NCBI GenBank assembly: GCA_965223265.1
Contig: OZ244999.1
Coordinates: forward strand, 2,688,001-2,752,000
DNA: 64,000 nt
Source of the DNA: Planctomycetota bacterium
Lineage (GTDB): Bacteria; Planctomycetota; UBA8108; SXIK01
Direction of reading: 5' to 3'
Below are positions 47,413-59,107 of this stretch, piece after piece. The notes under the pieces are model-generated. The model saw nothing but the letters and a program-made list of their open reading frames with translations, had not been told where the DNA came from and ran no database searches. The translations under genes and the position numbers were made by a program. Every line of letters begins with the position of its first letter. The stretch's first letter is position 1.

Positions 47413-48354
47413 GTGCCCGTACCCCACTTTGAGTTACACGGTATGATTCGCTCCGTCGCTGTTACCACCGACTTTTCTGATCTATCTGTGCAGCCCTTCG
47501 AGGCTGCAGCCACGCTTAGCCGAAAGTTTGGAGCTGGACTTGTTGTCGTCCACGTCCTACCAGAACCAGAGATCTACACCTCGTGGCAGGTTGTCCGTGA
47601 GTCGTCAGCTGCGAGACAAAATCGCCTCGAGAAATCGAAAAAGAGGCTCCAGCAAATCGTCCAAGAGCAAAGCTGTCTCGCATCCTTGGATGTCCGTACT
47701 GCCATCCTAAGCGGGCCACCCGCTGAATCGGTGGCAGACTTCGGCGACAGCGAAGGGATCGATTTGCTGATTGTTGCTTCCCATGGTCACACGGGGATGA
47801 CGCATTTTCCGTTAGGAAGCTTCACAGCGAGAGTGCTCGAGTTCAGCCGCTGTCCCGTGCTGGTCTTCAGAACGCGAGAGTCCGCTGGCGCGCCGTTTGA
47901 GCGTGCATTCACGTGCGAAAGGATTCTTGTAGCACACGACTTTTCTCCTGCATCCACTTTGGCCGTGCGAATGGCACGAGAATGGGCAAAGGCCTTTGAA
48001 GCCGATACCAGAATTGTGTTCGTCATGAATCGGTCTGAGGGACGAATGCTAGGCGACGACGGTGAATGCGAACGTCTGACAGCGGAGGAACTGCGGTCAA
48101 AGGCACTGCACGAGATCGAACGGATCGCCGATTCGGAATGGAGAGGGCTGCCGCTCCGGCCGGTTATCCGAACAGGGCATCCCGCCGTCGAGATCTTGAA
48201 GGAAGAGAAGAGCTGCGCTGCGGAAATGATCATCATGGGAAGCCGCGGACTATCGCCTTTTGGCAGACTCGAAATGGGTAGTGTGGCTGAGAGAGTCGTT
48301 CAGGGAGCCCGCTGCCCCGTCCTCGTCAACAAGGCAGCAGCTCGTCGCACCTAG
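47413..48354 (+). CDS. Tandem universal stress protein
   Basis: Two USP domains: 'V.TDFS', 'DLLIVASHG.TG', 'ILVAHDFS' and 'MGSRG.....MGSVAERVV..A.CPVLV'. Confidence 0.92.
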   Translation: MPVPHFELHGMIRSVAVTTDFSDLSVQPFEAAATLSRKFGAGLVVVHVLPEPEIYTSWQVVRESSAARQNRLEKSKKRLQQIVQEQSCLASLDVRTAILSGPPAESVADFGDSEGIDLLIVASHGHTGMTHFPLGSFTARVLEFSRCPVLVFRTRESAGAPFERAFTCERILVAHDFSPASTLAVRMAREWAKAFEADTRIVFVMNRSEGRMLGDDGECERLTAEELRSKALHEIERIADSEWRGLPLRPVIRTGHPAVEILKEEKSCAAEMIIMGSRGLSPFGRLEMGSVAERVVQGARCPVLVNKAAARRT

Positions 48355-48397
48355 TGAGTGAACCCTTTGTTTTCCCGCCCTGCAATTGAATCTAAAG

Positions 48398-49333
48398 ATG
48401 CAAGACCCACACGACGCGAAACTCAACAATCCGTGGCTCGTCGCTGTTTGGCCTGGTATGGGCAATGTGGCGCTAAGCGCTGGCTACTACCTGATGGCCA
48501 AGCTTGGCATGCACGTGCTGTCGGAATACTCACCCAACGAGTTTTTTGACGTTGAACACGTTGAGGTCAAGGGCGGTCTGATCCGTCCTGCCGCCCGGCC
48601 TCGGAGCCGGTTTTTCGTCTGGACCGACCCGAAGGAGCATCGAGACATCGTTGTCTTCATCGGTGAGGCTCAGCCGCCGACCGGAAAGTACGCGTTCTGT
48701 CGTAAGCTCATGGAGTTTGCCACCAACGTGGGAGTCGAGCGCGTGTTTACCTTTGCGGCCATGGCAACTCAAATGCATCCGGATCATGACTCGCGCGTGT
48801 TCGCCGCTGCCACCGACGGCGAGACGCTCAAGCGTTTGCAGCAGTTGGAGATCGATATTCTGCAGGATGGCCACATCGGGGGCCTCAACGGCGTGCTGTT
48901 GGGGGCGGCTGCAGAAGCCGAGCTGCCGGGCACCTGCTTGTTGGGCGAGATGCCTCATATCTTCTCCAATCTCCCTTTTCCTAAGGCATCGCTGGCGGTG
49001 CTTAAAGTGTTCACGACGATCGCGGGAGTCGAGCTCGATTTCACGGAGTTGTCAGCCCAGGCTGAGGCCATGCAGGAAAAACTTGCAGAGGTGATGTCTA
49101 GCGTCGAGAGTGCACTCGATCAACGCAGCGAGGAGAAAGAAGGGGGCTACCAACCAGATACCACTGAAGAGGAACGACTCGATCAGGAAGACGAGGCACG
49201 CATCGAAGAACTCTTCAGGCGAGCCGCGGTGGATCGTTCGACCGCCTACGAGCTCAAACGAGAGTTAGATCGCCTCGAGGTCTTCAAGGAGTATGAGGAT
49301 CGTTTTCTTGATTTGTTCAAGAACTCGTCATGA
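48398..49333 (+). CDS. PAC2 family (proteasome assembly chaperone-like) protein
   Basis: 'L.NPWLVAVWPGMGNVA', 'FIGEAQP', 'GHIGGLNGVLLG' and 'CLLGEMP......PKAS..VL'. Confidence 0.85.
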   Translation: MQDPHDAKLNNPWLVAVWPGMGNVALSAGYYLMAKLGMHVLSEYSPNEFFDVEHVEVKGGLIRPAARPRSRFFVWTDPKEHRDIVVFIGEAQPPTGKYAFCRKLMEFATNVGVERVFTFAAMATQMHPDHDSRVFAAATDGETLKRLQQLEIDILQDGHIGGLNGVLLGAAAEAELPGTCLLGEMPHIFSNLPFPKASLAVLKVFTTIAGVELDFTELSAQAEAMQEKLAEVMSSVESALDQRSEEKEGGYQPDTTEEERLDQEDEARIEELFRRAAVDRSTAYELKRELDRLEVFKEYEDRFLDLFKNSS

Positions 49334-49523
49334 TCTGTATGCTCGGAGACAAAACGATGCTCATTCGATCGAAATCATGTCTCTGGACTGTGTCGCGCCA
49401 AAACAGATGGCGGTCGGAGTGGAGGGTTGGTTTCACTCGGCGTGCCGGCTCGGAGTCAACGTGGACGGACAACATCGTTTCGTGTCTTTGAGGAGATCGG
49501 AATAGACCTCGGTTCTGCGCTGC

Positions 49524-51287
49524 ATGAAGAATCGAAGAAGCATCGCCTACTTTTCGATGGAGATCGGTCTCGACGTGCGCATGCCCACGTACAGTGGTGG
49601 GCTTGGGATTCTGGCTGGAGACACGGTCCGAGCTGCGGCTGATCTCGACGTACCCATGGTGGCCGTGACTCTCGTGCACCGGAGGGGCTACCTGTACCAG
49701 AAAATTGATGCGTCTGGGGCGCAGCGGGAGGCCCCTGCCGAGTGGGTCGTCGAGGACTACCTCTCAGAGGAACCAGCGCGCGCTGCGGTTTCGATCGAAG
49801 GACGAGACGTGATCGTTCGAGCCTGGCGGTTCGACGTGGTGGGGGTGCACGGATTCTCTGTTCCCGTGTACCTCTTGGATACGGATCTTCCCGAAAACGC
49901 GACAGCAGACCGAACGCTGACGCATTACCTCTACGGTGGCGATCAGCGTTATCGACTGTCGCAGGAGGTTGTGCTCGGAATCGGTGGCGTTCGCATGCTT
50001 CGAGCCCTCGGCTTCTCCGAGCTCGAACGATTCCATATGAACGAAGGGCATGCGAGTCTACTGACTCTTGAGCTGCTTCAAGAGGAGGTGAGAAAGGAGG
50101 CGAGAACCTCGATCACTTGCGAGGACATCGAAGCCGTCCACGACAAGTGCGTCTTCACGACGCACACTCCCGTGCCTGTCGGACACGACCAATTCTCAAT
50201 GCAGCTCGTCGCCGATGTCCTGGGAGCGCGCGATCAATTCGTCGACATGAAAGACGTCTTCTGCATCGACGTCGTTGGCCGTGTGCTAAGACAAGACATC
50301 GAATGGGCCAGCAAGTTCGGCGACCTTGTCCGCCCCGGGGTCAACCTCAACTTGACGTATCTAGCGCTCAATCTGAGTCGATACGTCAACGGCGTCGCGA
50401 AACGGCATGGTGAAGTCTCCCGGCACATGTTCGCGGATTATCTGATCGATTCGATCACCAACGGAGTTCACACGGCAACCTGGGCAGCTCCGCCGATCGC
50501 GGCCCTCTTTGACCGTTATATTGCGAGTTGGCGCGAAGACGGCTCGAGCCTCCGGTATGCGCTGGCGATTCCAGACGACGAACTTTGGGCAGCACATCAG
50601 GAGGCGAAGCGAGAGCTCGTTGACTACGTCAATCGCCAGACAAACTCAGGATTGGAGTTGAATGCGTTTACAGTCGGGTTCGCAAGGCGCATGACGGGCT
50701 ACAAGCGGCCGCTCCTTGTATTCGAGGACCTGAACCGCCTCCGAAGGATCTGTAAGGACGTGGGAAACATTCAGTTTGTCTTCGGAGGGAAGGCGCATCC
50801 GCGGGATCAGCTGGGGAAAAAACTCATCAAGCGGCTTCACGCACTCAGGGAAGAACTGCACGGCGAAGTTCGCATCGCGTATGTCCCGAACTATGACATC
50901 CGAGCTGCAAAACTCATGACTGCAGGCGTTGATCTGTGGTTGAACACTCCCGAGCCACCGAGGGAGGCGTCGGGTACGAGTGGAATGAAGGCTGCCCTGA
51001 ACGGAGTACCCTCTCATAGCATTCTTGACGGCTGGTGGATGGAGGGGTGCGTGGAAGGGATCACCGGATGGGCAATCGGCGAGAGCCGTATGCAGGGCGA
51101 ATCGCCGAATGATCGGCGCCTCGATGCCCTCGATCTCTATGACAAGTGGGAGCAGGTCGTGGTACCTACATACTACGGGGACCGATCCGCCTATGTGACG
51201 GTCATGCGCCACGCGCTCGCTCTCAACGGGTCGTTCTTCAACACGCACCGCATGATTCAACAGTATGTTCTGAAGGCGTACCTCTGA
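49524..51287 (+). CDS. glgP: Alpha-glucan (glycogen/maltodextrin) phosphorylase
   Basis: 'IAYFSMEIG....[13 protein letters not shown]', 'HMNEGH', 'FTTHTP', 'GFARR..YKR', 'GKAHP' and '[14 protein letters not shown]'. Confidence 0.93.
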   Translation: MKNRRSIAYFSMEIGLDVRMPTYSGGLGILAGDTVRAAADLDVPMVAVTLVHRRGYLYQKIDASGAQREAPAEWVVEDYLSEEPARAAVSIEGRDVIVRAWRFDVVGVHGFSVPVYLLDTDLPENATADRTLTHYLYGGDQRYRLSQEVVLGIGGVRMLRALGFSELERFHMNEGHASLLTLELLQEEVRKEARTSITCEDIEAVHDKCVFTTHTPVPVGHDQFSMQLVADVLGARDQFVDMKDVFCIDVVGRVLRQDIEWASKFGDLVRPGVNLNLTYLALNLSRYVNGVAKRHGEVSRHMFADYLIDSITNGVHTATWAAPPIAALFDRYIASWREDGSSLRYALAIPDDELWAAHQEAKRELVDYVNRQTNSGLELNAFTVGFARRMTGYKRPLLVFEDLNRLRRICKDVGNIQFVFGGKAHPRDQLGKKLIKRLHALREELHGEVRIAYVPNYDIRAAKLMTAGVDLWLNTPEPPREASGTSGMKAALNGVPSHSILDGWWMEGCVEGITGWAIGESRMQGESPNDRRLDALDLYDKWEQVVVPTYYGDRSAYVTVMRHALALNGSFFNTHRMIQQYVLKAYL

Positions 51288-51364
51288 AGAGCGGGTCGGG
51301 CCAGACCGCAGAGGGCGAGTTCACGGTTTGCTTGAGTCGGAACTCGGCGGTACATCTGTCGAGA

Positions 51365-52636
51365 TCAACGCCGTTTGAGGTGAGCTGCAACCAAGAGCAA
51401 CCCCAGCGCAATGATCACGGCGCCGGAGAGCAAGGTTGCAGGGGGCAAGAAAGGAAGGATCGCCAGGCACGAGAGTGCACCAGCCAGCGGCACACCCACG
51501 TGCACCTTAAAAACTCCGCTCGGTGTACCATCCCGTCGCTTGATGACGAATAGTGACGTGTTCACCGCGATAAAGACTAGCAACAGTAGCACGCTCGTCG
51601 TTCCGGCGAGGTAGACGAGTGTCCCAGAAAACGCCAGCACGGCGGTGACAAGAAAGACGCTCAAAATCGCCCAGTGTGGGGTGCGCGTCGAGGGGTGGAC
51701 GGCACCGAGCCAGGCGGGAAGCAGTTTTTGAGTCGACATGCCGTAAAGAAGACGCGAAGCCATTATGGAATTCGCCAAGCCGGTGTTGGCCACGGCGAAG
51801 AGCGCGATGGCGGTGAACAACCATGTTGGGATTGCGGGCGACGCTCGCTGAACGACTTCCACGAGCGGTGCGTCTGTTGCCTGCAGGTCCTGCGGCGACA
51901 CAACCGACGTGGCGAGCAGAACCACGGTGATATAGAGCAGCCCAGCGATCGCCATAGCCGTCACAATCGCAGCCGGAAGATTCCGACGCGGGGATCTGAC
52001 TTCTTCGGCGACGTTCACCATGTCCTCAAAGCCGATGAATGCAAAGAATCCCAGCGCCGCTCCTTGCACGATCGCCACGAGCGACCTGGGCTCTGCATCA
52101 GCCACCACCGGGGGCGGTTTCGCCTGCCCGCCGAGAAAGATAGCGCTGACGACGATGACGATCAGCAAGCCAGACGTCTCGATCACTGTACAGGCCATGT
52201 TGGTCAGCGAAGACTGCCGGATTCCCGAGAAGTTAATGCTCCCCAGAACGAGGAGAAAGCCGAGAAGCATGATGCCGTGGTGGCTCTGCGGCAGAACTGC
52301 GCTGAGATAACCGGCGAACGCTCGAGAGACGGTGGCGAGAGACACGACCCCGGAGCACAGCACAAGCCAGCCGACGAGTAATGGAAGCTCTCGACGCCGG
52401 ATAGCTTGCTGGGTGAAGTAGGCTTCGCCGCCGCTTTTCGGGAACCGACTGCCCAGCTCTGCGTAGGACAAACCGGTCAGCCCAGCGACCCCGAGCGCAA
52501 CCGAGAATGAGAGCCAGGCGTCGTGACCAGCGACGCCGGCGACTTTTCCTACCATGGCGTAGATCCCTGCGCCGAGGATGTCGCCGACTCCGTAGACGGT
52601 CAGAGCCCAAAAACCTAGCGATCGCTGCAGTTTCAT
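51365..52636 (-). CDS. APC family amino-acid permease
   Basis: 'L.RSLG....YGVGDILGAGIY', 'SYAELGSRFPKSGG', 'FFAFIGFE' and 'SRLLYGM'. Confidence 0.9.
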   Translation of the reverse strand: MKLQRSLGFWALTVYGVGDILGAGIYAMVGKVAGVAGHDAWLSFSVALGVAGLTGLSYAELGSRFPKSGGEAYFTQQAIRRRELPLLVGWLVLCSGVVSLATVSRAFAGYLSAVLPQSHHGIMLLGFLLVLGSINFSGIRQSSLTNMACTVIETSGLLIVIVVSAIFLGGQAKPPPVVADAEPRSLVAIVQGAALGFFAFIGFEDMVNVAEEVRSPRRNLPAAIVTAMAIAGLLYITVVLLATSVVSPQDLQATDAPLVEVVQRASPAIPTWLFTAIALFAVANTGLANSIMASRLLYGMSTQKLLPAWLGAVHPSTRTPHWAILSVFLVTAVLAFSGTLVYLAGTTSVLLLLVFIAVNTSLFVIKRRDGTPSGVFKVHVGVPLAGALSCLAILPFLPPATLLSGAVIIALGLLLVAAHLKRR

Positions 52637-52726
52637 TCGAGCCTACGCCGACAGGCGCGCTCCGAATCCGTCGTGTCAGTAGGTCCTTCGAGTGCACGTT
52701 CTTCGTTGTGACGCACCTCTGTTCTT

Positions 52727-53959
52727 TTAGTGCTTGCGACCGCCTTCTTGCTTGGTGAGCACGACTCTCACGGAGGCGCCGTCGGTCACCTCGTCGGTGG
52801 GGTGCAGCACGGTGACGTCACCCAGACTCAATCCCGTCAGGACTTCGACTTCTAGTCCGTTCGTTTTGCCGACCTCGATTTGCCGAAGTCGAGCTTTGCC
52901 ATTCTCGACGTGATAGACGTGCCAGGCGCGTGCCTGTCGGAAGAGAGCACCTGTCGGTACCTTGACGACATCGTCGGCTGTGTCGACCACGATCCGTGCT
53001 TCGATGCGGAAGCCATCTCCGAGGCTCTCGCGATCCTCCGGCGGACTGCGGAAATCCGCGATGATGTTCACCCTCTTCTCCTCGACGCCGAGTGCCGATA
53101 CTTTCAAGAAAGCAGCCGGTTCAACGACCCTGACGACTCCTTCCAGAGTGCCTTCCCCTCCCCAATGGTCGACGTAGACCGTCGCGCCTGGCTTGATGCG
53201 CACCGCCTCGCTCGAAAGCACGTCGATCTCCACTTCCAAGTCGCTCGGATCACCTAATTCGAGTATTCTCATTCCCCTTTGAACGATTCCTGCGTCCTCG
53301 GTGAAGACGCGCAAGACCTGACCGTCGATCGGCGACACGAGGGTGAATGTCGCAGCTGCTTCGTCATTAGCGCCGCCTCCTTGGGCGCGGATCAGCGCGG
53401 CTCGAGCGACATCGCGCTCGAAACCTGCAACTCGAACCGCGAAGTCAGCTGAACGCAAACTGGCTTTGGCCATTCGGAACTGATGTTCCGCCCGGTCGAA
53501 CTCACCTTGCGATAGCGTTCCTTCTACGACCAGACTGCGGGCGCGGTCGTACTCGTGTTCTGCGAGCTCTAATTCTTCGCTCGACCGTTTGCTGCGTGCG
53601 GCGGCCGACTCGCACGCGGCCTCGGCAGCGCGGACTCGGGCCTCGGCCTCCGCCTGGGAGCGTGCGTCGAGAGGCTCTGGCTCTCCGGGAACAAACCGTG
53701 CCAACACCGTTTCACCTCGTCTGACTACGTCGCCGGCGTGCAGCTCGATGCGGAGCATTTTTGCCGTGACCGGAGACGTGACGACGTATCGTTCTCGGAT
53801 TCGCGTCTCACCGTCGTCGCTCACTGTGATGTCAAATGAGCCGCGATCGACCACGACCCCATCGACGTCGACCGGCTGCGGCCAGAATCCATAGACGATG
53901 AATCCAGCGAGCAGTGCCGCGACAGCGAACAGCGGAATCTTGCGCCAGGTCTTCTTCAT
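52727..53959 (-). CDS. HlyD/RND-type periplasmic adaptor of ABC exporter
   Basis: 'DDGETRIRERYVV.SPV', 'SPIDGQVLRV', 'KVSALGVEEKRV' and 'LGDGFRIEARI'. Confidence 0.9.
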   Translation of the reverse strand: MKKTWRKIPLFAVAALLAGFIVYGFWPQPVDVDGVVVDRGSFDITVSDDGETRIRERYVVTSPVTAKMLRIELHAGDVVRRGETVLARFVPGEPEPLDARSQAEAEARVRAAEAACESAAARSKRSSEELELAEHEYDRARSLVVEGTLSQGEFDRAEHQFRMAKASLRSADFAVRVAGFERDVARAALIRAQGGGANDEAAATFTLVSPIDGQVLRVFTEDAGIVQRGMRILELGDPSDLEVEIDVLSSEAVRIKPGATVYVDHWGGEGTLEGVVRVVEPAAFLKVSALGVEEKRVNIIADFRSPPEDRESLGDGFRIEARIVVDTADDVVKVPTGALFRQARAWHVYHVENGKARLRQIEVGKTNGLEVEVLTGLSLGDVTVLHPTDEVTDGASVRVVLTKQEGGRKH

Positions 53960-53966
53960 CGGTTCC

Positions 53967-56330
53967 TTACTCTTTCACCTTCAAAACGGCGATCAGATCA
54001 AGCTTGTCCAGCATCCGGCGTACGATCAGAGAGGAGACGACGGCGCTGGTGATCACGACGACGACCGCGTAGGTCAAGGTCGCCCGTGTCAGCACCAACG
54101 GGAAACGATGTGTTTCCGTATCAAGAGCCAGCGTCGCAAGCCACGCAAAAAAAGAGCCGATCGGTAGGCCAACGGGGATCGCAACGAGCGTGATCACAGC
54201 CAGTTCGCCTAAGAGAACGGTTGAAACCTCCCAGCGTTTAAACCCCATCACGCGCAGTGTAGCTAAGTCGCGGCTGCGTTCAGCTAGGGTGACCAATGCA
54301 CAGTTGTAGATCACGCCGAATGCGATGATGAACGCAAAGGTGGCGTTGGTGATACGCATTCCGCGCAGGTTTTCCGCGATCGTCTCGTTGAAGTTCTGGA
54401 TGGCCGCTTTCTTGACTGTGACGCCTGCGACGGCGGGAGTTTCCTTGAGAGCAGCGTACAGATCAGGGATTCGTTCCTGATCCGCGGCAACAAAGGCGCC
54501 GGAATAACGTTCACCTTCCGCCAGCAGCTTGTGTAGTTCGCGCAAGTTGAGATACGCGCCGGGATCCGTGTAGTCTGGGAAAATCGCCTTCACGCGGGTG
54601 GCGTAGTGGCCCCGGCGGCCCTCCATTAACTCGACCGACAGCTCGTCGCCGATCTTCAGGTCCAGCACTTCAGCGAGCTTTTCTGAGATCGTCACTCCTG
54701 GTCCAGTCAGATCGACCTCCTTCTCTTCCTCGTCAAGGACGCGAAACAAACGGGGCTGCTCTTCGAGGGCCATTAGGCTCAGACGGCGCCGGAGTTGTCC
54801 ATGCCTCAAGTGAACAGGCACAGCGCGAAACGGTTCTGCTCTGAAGATTCCAGGTAGATTGTGGACGTCATGAAGCACGTGGGTGGATGCATTTTCGTTG
54901 AATGTCAGAAGAACGTCCTGTCTTTGCGCTCTTTGAAACTGTACGTCGATGACATGGTCTACGGCGTCCTCCATGAACGTTCCGACGACCAGAACGGACA
55001 CGCTGGCCGCCATCCCGAGCACCGAAAGGGCGGTCGAGCGTGGATTGCGCTCCAACCGTCGCAGGACCATGAGCGCCATAGGAGAGAACATTTTCTGTAG
55101 CCCGACTTTTTCTGCGAGCGATCGCCCGGTGGACTGTGGCGCTTCGGCGCGCATGGCAACCGCAGGCTGCATTCTGATCGCTCGCCTGAGGGCTGATCCA
55201 CTGCCTGCCAGCGCGCCCGCCATGCTGACCGCGACGGCGAGCGTCGCTTGACTGTAGGCAAATTCTTTGTGGACGATTGGGAACCGGAAGAATCGCACGT
55301 ACTGCTCCGTCATCCAGCCCGCCAGGAATGATCCGAGAGCGCATCCTGCCGCCGCACCGATGATGACGAGCAAGAGAACGAACTTGAGGTAATATCGTCC
55401 GATCTCCCACCGCGAATAGCCGAAGGCCCGCAGGGTGGCGATCTGCTCTTGTTGGTGGTGGACCATTCTCGACAGGACGATGTTGAACAAGAACACGGCG
55501 ACTGCGAGGAAGATCGAAGGAGTCACCAGCGCCATTCCCTTGAGTTGATGTAGCTCGTCGGCCGCGCGACGGTCAGACATCTGGTCGCTGCGATCGTATG
55601 CACCTCGTCCTCCGTAACGCTCGGTCAATCGATCTACATGCAAGATAACTTCTTGAATCGAAGTGCCTGCGAAGAGGGCGAGCGTAGCATCGTTGAACGC
55701 GCCTTCCATGTTGAACGCTGCAGCCATCTGGCGATACGGCATCCATAGCACCCCGAATCGCCGATCGTCCGACAGCAGTTGGCCGGGCTGCACGGCGTAG
55801 ATGTACTCGGGAGAAATCGCGATCCCAACGATTTCCAGCTCCTCCTTGAGGCCACCCATAATGACTTGAACTTTGTCGCCAGGCCTCCAGCCATTCGCCT
55901 CGGCAAACCTCTCGCTGGCCAGAACCTCGCCTTGCGTGGTGGGATTCGGCAGCCGGCCACGGCGTAGATAGATCCCATTGAGGTCTCTCTCCGGGTCGTC
56001 CGCCAGTGAGATTAGCCGACAACTCGCGGGTTCCATCATGCCAGGGACATCCAGGATCACGTCGCGAACGACGCGAGTCTGAACACGTTCGACGCCGGGA
56101 ATCGCCGCCAGACGGTGCGCGAGTTCATTTGGGGAGCGAACCAGGCGCACGAACACGTCGCCGAAATGAAACCTGCGATAGTACTCGGCGCGTGTTGTGT
56201 CGAGTGACCGCATGGTACTCGTCGACATAACCGAGGTGCCAATACCGCAGGCGAGAACCGCGCAGATGGCGAGACCCTGGCCCCACATGCGTCGGAGATC
56301 GGAAATCAGCAGTCGATCAAGGGGGCGCAT
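53967..56330 (-). CDS. ABC transporter permease (FtsX/MacB-like, duplicated)
   Basis: '[11 protein letters not shown]', '[10 protein letters not shown]' and '[14 protein letters not shown]'. Confidence 0.9.
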   Translation of the reverse strand: MRPLDRLLISDLRRMWGQGLAICAVLACGIGTSVMSTSTMRSLDTTRAEYYRRFHFGDVFVRLVRSPNELAHRLAAIPGVERVQTRVVRDVILDVPGMMEPASCRLISLADDPERDLNGIYLRRGRLPNPTTQGEVLASERFAEANGWRPGDKVQVIMGGLKEELEIVGIAISPEYIYAVQPGQLLSDDRRFGVLWMPYRQMAAAFNMEGAFNDATLALFAGTSIQEVILHVDRLTERYGGRGAYDRSDQMSDRRAADELHQLKGMALVTPSIFLAVAVFLFNIVLSRMVHHQQEQIATLRAFGYSRWEIGRYYLKFVLLLVIIGAAAGCALGSFLAGWMTEQYVRFFRFPIVHKEFAYSQATLAVAVSMAGALAGSGSALRRAIRMQPAVAMRAEAPQSTGRSLAEKVGLQKMFSPMALMVLRRLERNPRSTALSVLGMAASVSVLVVGTFMEDAVDHVIDVQFQRAQRQDVLLTFNENASTHVLHDVHNLPGIFRAEPFRAVPVHLRHGQLRRRLSLMALEEQPRLFRVLDEEEKEVDLTGPGVTISEKLAEVLDLKIGDELSVELMEGRRGHYATRVKAIFPDYTDPGAYLNLRELHKLLAEGERYSGAFVAADQERIPDLYAALKETPAVAGVTVKKAAIQNFNETIAENLRGMRITNATFAFIIAFGVIYNCALVTLAERSRDLATLRVMGFKRWEVSTVLLGELAVITLVAIPVGLPIGSFFAWLATLALDTETHRFPLVLTRATLTYAVVVVITSAVVSSLIVRRMLDKLDLIAVLKVKE

Positions 56331-56336
56331 GGTGTG

Positions 56337-57146
56337 TCACCAAACGATGTCTTTTGCGGGCTTTCGTCGTTCGTTTGTCTCGACGTCGACGATGCGGCCA
56401 TCCGACAGGCGCACGACTCGGTCCGCCATGTCGGCGATCGCGGCGTTGTGCGTGATGACCGCAGTCAAGGTCCCGAGCTCTGCGTTGATGCGGGCGATCG
56501 CGTCGAGCACCAAAACGCCCGTCTTGACGTCAAGGGCGCCCGTCGGTTCGTCGCAAAGCAGGACGTCCGGCCGCTTACCGATGGCGCGCGCAATGGCGAC
56601 GCGTTGCTGCTCACCGCCCGAGAGCTGCGCTGGATAGTGCGTGCTTCGCTCCGAAAGTCCGACCAGCCGCAAGGCTTCGGTAGGCTCCAGAGCGTTCGGT
56701 GCGATGTCAGCCACGAGCTCGACGTTCTCCAGCGCCGTCAGTCCGGCGATCAAATTGTAGAACTGAAACACGAACCCTACGTGCTCTCGGCGGTAAACGG
56801 TCAGCTGCTCCTCGTCGGCGTCCGTGAGGTCATGATCGCGATAGATGACCGCGCCGTCGGTTGGAAGGTCCAGCCCACCTATGATGTTCAGGAGAGTCGA
56901 TTTTCCGCTTCCCGACGCTCCTAAAATGACGACGAATTCGCCGGCGTAGAGCTCGAGGTCGACCCCGCGAAGTGCGTGCACGTCCACTTCACCCATTCGA
57001 TACATCTTGGTGACGCCACGCACTCGAAACACGGGCTCTCCGCGCTCCTCAGGAGGACATGCCAAATGGGAGGTGTTGTTCTGTGCAGTCACCGGTCCTC
57101 CGTTCACGCAGGCTGGTTCGGTTTGAGAGACGGATCCTCCAACCAC
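56337..57146 (-). CDS. ABC transporter ATP-binding protein (LolD/MacB type)
   Basis: Walker A 'GASGSGKST', '[14 protein letters not shown]' and '[11 protein letters not shown]'; true start probably downstream of 57146. Confidence 0.93.
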   Translation of the reverse strand: MVGGSVSQTEPACVNGGPVTAQNNTSHLACPPEERGEPVFRVRGVTKMYRMGEVDVHALRGVDLELYAGEFVVILGASGSGKSTLLNIIGGLDLPTDGAVIYRDHDLTDADEEQLTVYRREHVGFVFQFYNLIAGLTALENVELVADIAPNALEPTEALRLVGLSERSTHYPAQLSGGEQQRVAIARAIGKRPDVLLCDEPTGALDVKTGVLVLDAIARINAELGTLTAVITHNAAIADMADRVVRLSDGRIVDVETNERRKPAKDIVW

Positions 57147-58870
57147 TTCGCCACAGTCTCGCGGATCCGGAACTTTTGGATCTTTCCTGTCACCGTGACG
57201 GGGAACTCATCGACGAGCCAGATATAGCGCGGAATCTTGAAGTGAGCGATGTGTCCCTTGGCGTATTCGCGCAGCTCGTCGGCTTCCGCCTTCGCACCTT
57301 CGTGCAGCTTGATCCAGGCGCCGACCTCTTCGCCGAGACGCGCGTCAGGCACGCCGAAAACCGCCACTTCGGCGACTTTGGGGTGTTCGAAATAAAACGC
57401 TTCGATTTCAGCGGGGTAAATATTCTCCCCGCCGCGGATGATCATATCCTTGAGCCGACCGGTGATTCGAAGATAGCCGTCGTCCTCCATGATTCCAACG
57501 TCGCCGGAGTGGAGCCAACCCGCCGCGTCGATCGTCTGTTTCGTTGCATCGGGGTGACCGAAGTATTCCCGCATGACATGGTGGCCACGGAAGCAAACTT
57601 CACCGGGCTCGCCGACGGACAAGAGCGCGCCCGAGTCGGTGTCGACGATCTTGACTTCTTGGTGCGGGAGGTTGACACCGACTGTCGTGACCCGTCGTTC
57701 GCGACTGTCATCGGGGCGCGTCAGATGAGTTATCGGCGACGCTTCAGTCTGCCCGTAGCCGATGAGGAGGTCGTGGCATCCCATGTCGTCGATGACTCGG
57801 CCAACGAGCTCGGGCGCGCATGGAGCACCGGCCATGATGCCGGTCCGCAGCGTCGACAGGTCAAAAGAGCGGAACTTGGGGCACTCCAGCTCGGCGACAA
57901 ACATCGTCGGTACACCGTGCACAGCGGTGCATCGTTCGCGTTCGATCGTCTCTAGCGTTGCTGCTGCGTCGAAGTGTTCGGCTGGGATGATGATCGTGGC
58001 GCCGTGCGTCAAGGATGCAAGGTTGGCGACGACCATCCCGAAACAGTGGTAGAAGGGCACGGGCACGCAGAGACGATCTGCTGCAGAGAAACGCATGGCT
58101 CGAGCAGTGAAAAACCCGTTGTTGAGAATGTTGTGGTGGGTTAAGACGACGGCCTTGGGAAACCCGGTCGTTCCAGATGTGAACTGAACGTTGATCGCGT
58201 CGTCTGGGTCGAGGGTCTGAGAGCGTTCTTCAACCTCCGTGCCGCCGACGCTGTTGCCGCGCTCCAGCATCTGCGGCCAGGTGAGAAACCCGCTGGCGGG
58301 TTGCGCGGTGGAGTCTGGGGCCGCCGGATCAAACACAATGACGTCGCGAAGTTCTGGCAGTCGTTGCGCTTCGAGTCGTGTGCCTCGTTCTCGCTTGAGC
58401 TCAGGGCAGAGCGCGCAGCTCATCTCGACGTAGTCTGAAGTTCGGAAGGCCGGAATCAAGAAGAGAATCTGCACGCGCGCTAAGCGCAGCGCATGCTCCA
58501 GCTCGGAGACTCGGTAGGCGGGATTGATATTGACGAGCACCGCCCCAATGCGTGCGGTGGCGAGCTGCAGTAGCACCCATTCGACGTTGTTCGTCGACCA
58601 AACGCCGACCCGGTCTCCAGGTTCTACGTCGAGGGAGAGCAGCCCTTTGGCGACCAGGTCGACCTGGGCGTCGAGCTGCGCGTAGGTCAGACGTCGCGAT
58701 TGCGCCGCCGACACCAGAGCTTCGTTTTCGGCGTGGGTCGCCGCGACCTGGCGCAAAAACGCGTCGATGGTCGCACCGATGAGCGGCGTCACGCCACCTT
58801 CGTGGTGGTACGCGGGCCGTGCGTGCGCTGCTCGGCTCGCGTCGGTGAGGTGGGAGCCACGATGTGCCAT
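57104..58870 (-). CDS. AMP-binding acyl-CoA synthetase (ACSF2/YngI-like)
   Basis: '[11 protein letters not shown]', 'PVPFYHCFG', 'YGQTEASP' and 'GWLHSGD...[23 protein letters not shown]'. Confidence 0.92.
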   Translation of the reverse strand: MAHRGSHLTDASRAAHARPAYHHEGGVTPLIGATIDAFLRQVAATHAENEALVSAAQSRRLTYAQLDAQVDLVAKGLLSLDVEPGDRVGVWSTNNVEWVLLQLATARIGAVLVNINPAYRVSELEHALRLARVQILFLIPAFRTSDYVEMSCALCPELKRERGTRLEAQRLPELRDVIVFDPAAPDSTAQPASGFLTWPQMLERGNSVGGTEVEERSQTLDPDDAINVQFTSGTTGFPKAVVLTHHNILNNGFFTARAMRFSAADRLCVPVPFYHCFGMVVANLASLTHGATIIIPAEHFDAAATLETIERERCTAVHGVPTMFVAELECPKFRSFDLSTLRTGIMAGAPCAPELVGRVIDDMGCHDLLIGYGQTEASPITHLTRPDDSRERRVTTVGVNLPHQEVKIVDTDSGALLSVGEPGEVCFRGHHVMREYFGHPDATKQTIDAAGWLHSGDVGIMEDDGYLRITGRLKDMIIRGGENIYPAEIEAFYFEHPKVAEVAVFGVPDARLGEEVGAWIKLHEGAKAEADELREYAKGHIAHFKIPRYIWLVDEFPVTVTGKIQKFRIRETVAKWLEDPSLKPNQPA

Positions 58871-59107
58871 GGGCGTACCGTCTAGCAAGCCCTGTACCAG
58901 TACCCAAAGTGGCGCGTCGACCTGCCGGCGTCGCATCCCGCTGCGCGTCAGCGTTGGTTGAGAGGCGGACGCGCGGGGGAGAATTCCGCGGTTGCGAGAA
59001 AATCCCCTCCTGATTTCCGCGCCATCCGGAGGAGTTGGCGTCGCCGCCGTGGAACGGGCTTTGCTCCTCCTTTCGTGTTCACGAATCGTTCCGGAAGGAT
59101 CTCACCG

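Noticed and set aside
49305-49323. TTCTTGA-TTTGT-TCAAGAA palindrome as an FNR box upstream of glgP
   Set aside because: Spacing is one base short of TTGAT-N4-ATCAA, and it lies within the conserved coding end of the PAC2 gene.
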